This document shows positions 61,777 through 64,000 of a stretch of 64,000 bases of DNA, one piece after another (within the stretch, counting starts at the first letter, position 1; each line of letters starts with the position of its first letter). The stretch spans positions 496,001-560,000 of the forward strand of contig NW_027191407.1 in assembly GCF_041146345.1 (NCBI RefSeq), in the 5' to 3' direction. Under the pieces are notes generated by a model. It saw only the letters and a program-made list of their open reading frames with translations, had not been told where the DNA came from and made no database searches. A program made the translations under genes and the position numbers. The stretch is from Neodothiora populina. Its lineage: Eukaryota.

Positions 61777-62922
61777 ATGGGTTTCTACAGCGGACGCACG
61801 CCGGCGATATCGTCGACTTTCCGATCAAAAGCATTCCTCATTCCATGCGCCGTCATTCTCATCCTATTCACGTTCATTTACTCGCCACTTCCCTCGACCT
61901 ACGACGATCACAGAGACGCCGTTGTGGGTGAGATTGCCGATTTCGCAAAGGCACCGTTCCGTCCGTCTCCTGCCGAATGGCATCCTCCGAGTCTGGAGAA
62001 AGTCAAGTCAAAGTATGCCTTTGCGACTTTCCTCGCAGGCCAAGCGGATGACGCAGACGATGGTGCCAGTGCCGAGAACGATCACTACTTTGTCGCCACA
62101 CGCATCCTGGCCTATCAACTGCTTCACGCATCCGAGACTCGCTCGGTAGACGAATCGATCCCTTTCATTGTACTTGTCACGGACAAGGTCTCGGAAAACA
62201 AGCGCGCTCGTCTGCGCAAAGACGGCGCAATTGTCGTGCCCGCCGAATACATCCGCGCAGACTGGGTCAAGACCGAGACGAGTACATGGCAAGATGTCAT
62301 GACAAAATTACGCCTCTGGGAGCTCACGCAATTCGAGCGGATTTGCTTTCTGGATGGAGACACAATTCTGGTGGAGCCGCTTGATGGTGTTTTCCAGGAT
62401 CCTGCCGTAACATCTCGCCCGACAGGAACTAAGAAGGACCGCATTTTTGAAGACGAAGCAGAAATGCCCGGCAACTACTCGTTCGCCGGCGTTCCTGAAA
62501 TGAACCGCAAGCACCACTTCCCACCCACTGATGGGCAAGGCGACTTTCCTAACATCAACTACCTGAACGCCGGTTTCTTTGTCTTCGAGCCGTCGCTCTC
62601 AATGCTGGACTACTACTTCTCGCTCATGGCAACCGTCGACAAATTCGACCCGCAATTTCCAGAGCAAAATCTGCTCAACTACGCCCACCGCAGGGACGGA
62701 AACATGCCCTGGAAGCAATTGGGCAATACCTGGAACATCCATTACCCTACCGTGGATGACCTGCTACACGGAGTCAAGAGCCTGCATGATAAATGGTGGT
62801 CTCCTGAGAACGAGGAGCTGAAACCATATACGGAAAGTTGGCGGTGGAGAATGGAAGGACATTACGAAGCTAGGGACGCTCAATTCAACGAGACTCAAGC
62901 CAAAGGCAGGTGGCAGGATTGA
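61777..62922 (+). CDS. Glycosyltransferase family 8, type II membrane (Golgi) protein
   Basis: Short cytosolic tail plus transmembrane anchor. YAFATFL, YFVATRILAYQL, MTKLRLWEL, FLDGD (DxD), YLNAGFFV, PEQNLLNY, SLHDKWW. Confidence 0.92.
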   Translation: MGFYSGRTPAISSTFRSKAFLIPCAVILILFTFIYSPLPSTYDDHRDAVVGEIADFAKAPFRPSPAEWHPPSLEKVKSKYAFATFLAGQADDADDGASAENDHYFVATRILAYQLLHASETRSVDESIPFIVLVTDKVSENKRARLRKDGAIVVPAEYIRADWVKTETSTWQDVMTKLRLWELTQFERICFLDGDTILVEPLDGVFQDPAVTSRPTGTKKDRIFEDEAEMPGNYSFAGVPEMNRKHHFPPTDGQGDFPNINYLNAGFFVFEPSLSMLDYYFSLMATVDKFDPQFPEQNLLNYAHRRDGNMPWKQLGNTWNIHYPTVDDLLHGVKSLHDKWWSPENEELKPYTESWRWRMEGHYEARDAQFNETQAKGRWQD

Positions 62923-63141
62923 TCGACGGGACATGAATCTTCTAGGTATATGAGCCGCTGTTATTTGCATACGGCATTTTTGGCCCATGATGTTGGCTTG
63001 GCGTTTGGCGGAACACTTTTTTCTGGGACGAGAGATATCCCATGTCGAAAACTTTTACATTGCAACTTTTGGCGGATGAACATTGCTGCTAGTGGGTCAT
63101 GAACACGCATTTGAAGCGTCTTGGACGGGGCGTCCTATTAA

Positions 63142-63183
63142 TCTTATTCTTATTCTTATCCTTATCCTTATCCTTAACCCTTA
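63142..63183. repeat. Degenerate hexanucleotide repeat (CTTATY)n
   Basis: tcttattcttattcttatccttatccttatccttaaccctta. Confidence 0.8.
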
Positions 63184-64000
63184 TTTGAATCACTATATAA
63201 TGCATGATCGGACCATGTTCAAATCACCTCATCACTTCCGCCCAACGACTTTGACAAATCAAAACGTAAAGCGCGGCCTGGCTTGCACGCGTTCCGACCC
63301 AGAACAGATCATAGAAGGTGCTATTGACGAAAACCTTGCACGGCAGGCGCGGCTGCAGATAACGATACAAGCAAAACGGAGACTTAAATCAACCTGATGC
63401 TTCAGCCAGGGTCGCCCTGCAAAACATAGTATGGAACCAGATGAAACCTAGCTTTATCACAGATCTCGTAGCCATCATGCATGCGCATCGATAGCACACG
63501 ATTAGGCACCTCCTACGCCATAGTTCCAAGTGTTGAGAACAACTCACCCGATTTTATGTGGTGTTTTCTGTGCTACTATAGGCAGCTGCAGGTTGACGCC
63601 TCATGTGGGATGCGAAACTCGTGCAACCAACTTAGTTTCGACTTCTCGACAGCCTGCTGCAACTTTTGCGCTGTTTCAGGAACATGCGGAATACAGATCA
63701 TAGCATCTGACACTATGTGACTCGATATGTGTACCTGGTCCAGTCGCACATGTGCATGCAGCTCAACTCTGCACTAACCCCGCAGTCATACACAAGTAGA
63801 TCCGCGGCGGCGGGGTCGCGTGAACACCCCAAAAGCCATACAGGTATGCCCTGAAGCAATGTGAAGGCTACAATGAAGGATCTGGGACATCTACAATCTA
63901 AGACTGCTTCCCAGTGAGGCTTGTCCTGGGGTAGTGCTATCTGCCCAGCCTGCAGTATCACAGGACCAAGAAAACGTGATTATCGCGTCGGTACGTACAA

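Noticed and set aside
61256..62149. 297-aa ORF with CTNC...WR...CSVC resembling a GATA finger
   Set aside because: Spacing between the CxxC pairs (about 28 aa) is non-canonical, the start is non-ATG, and the ORF overlaps the GT8 gene out of frame. Likely chance.
63174..63183. TAACCC telomere-like hexamer
   Set aside because: Single copy inside a (CTTATY)n microsatellite, not a telomeric array.

Overview
Eukaryotic DNA from a filamentous ascomycete (Pezizomycotina-type genes with short GT-AG introns and CTRAC/CTRAT branch sites). The left two-thirds carries conserved housekeeping genes: SLA1 (5'-truncated), an MBOAT/wax-synthase-like acyltransferase, an NTF2-like repeat protein, an APC amino-acid permease, SDH1, CDC55, YEA4 and PMT4. 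Between them lie orphan or zinc-finger ORFs (GRF-type, KLAP1-like, and a WRKY/GCM1-like ORF probably derived from a MULE) and a secreted flavin amine oxidase. From about 41 kb the region looks accessory. It has a head-to-head pair of nonsense-interrupted genes (SPX-ankyrin-GDPD and HeLo/SesA-like-ankyrin) and a putative catabolic module (2OG-Fe(II) dioxygenase, fructosyl-amino-acid/sarcosine-oxidase-like flavoprotein, OPT transporter, tannase/feruloyl esterase). A modin-like gene and a GT8 glycosyltransferase follow. The most notable observations are three otherwise open genes each broken by a single in-frame stop (TAG, TGA, TAA), the dioxygenase/oxidase/OPT module, and a recurrent intergenic TACCTTAAGGTA-type palindrome. 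No rRNA, tRNA, CRISPR array or intact transposon was recognised. All family calls come from motif recognition by eye, not database searches.
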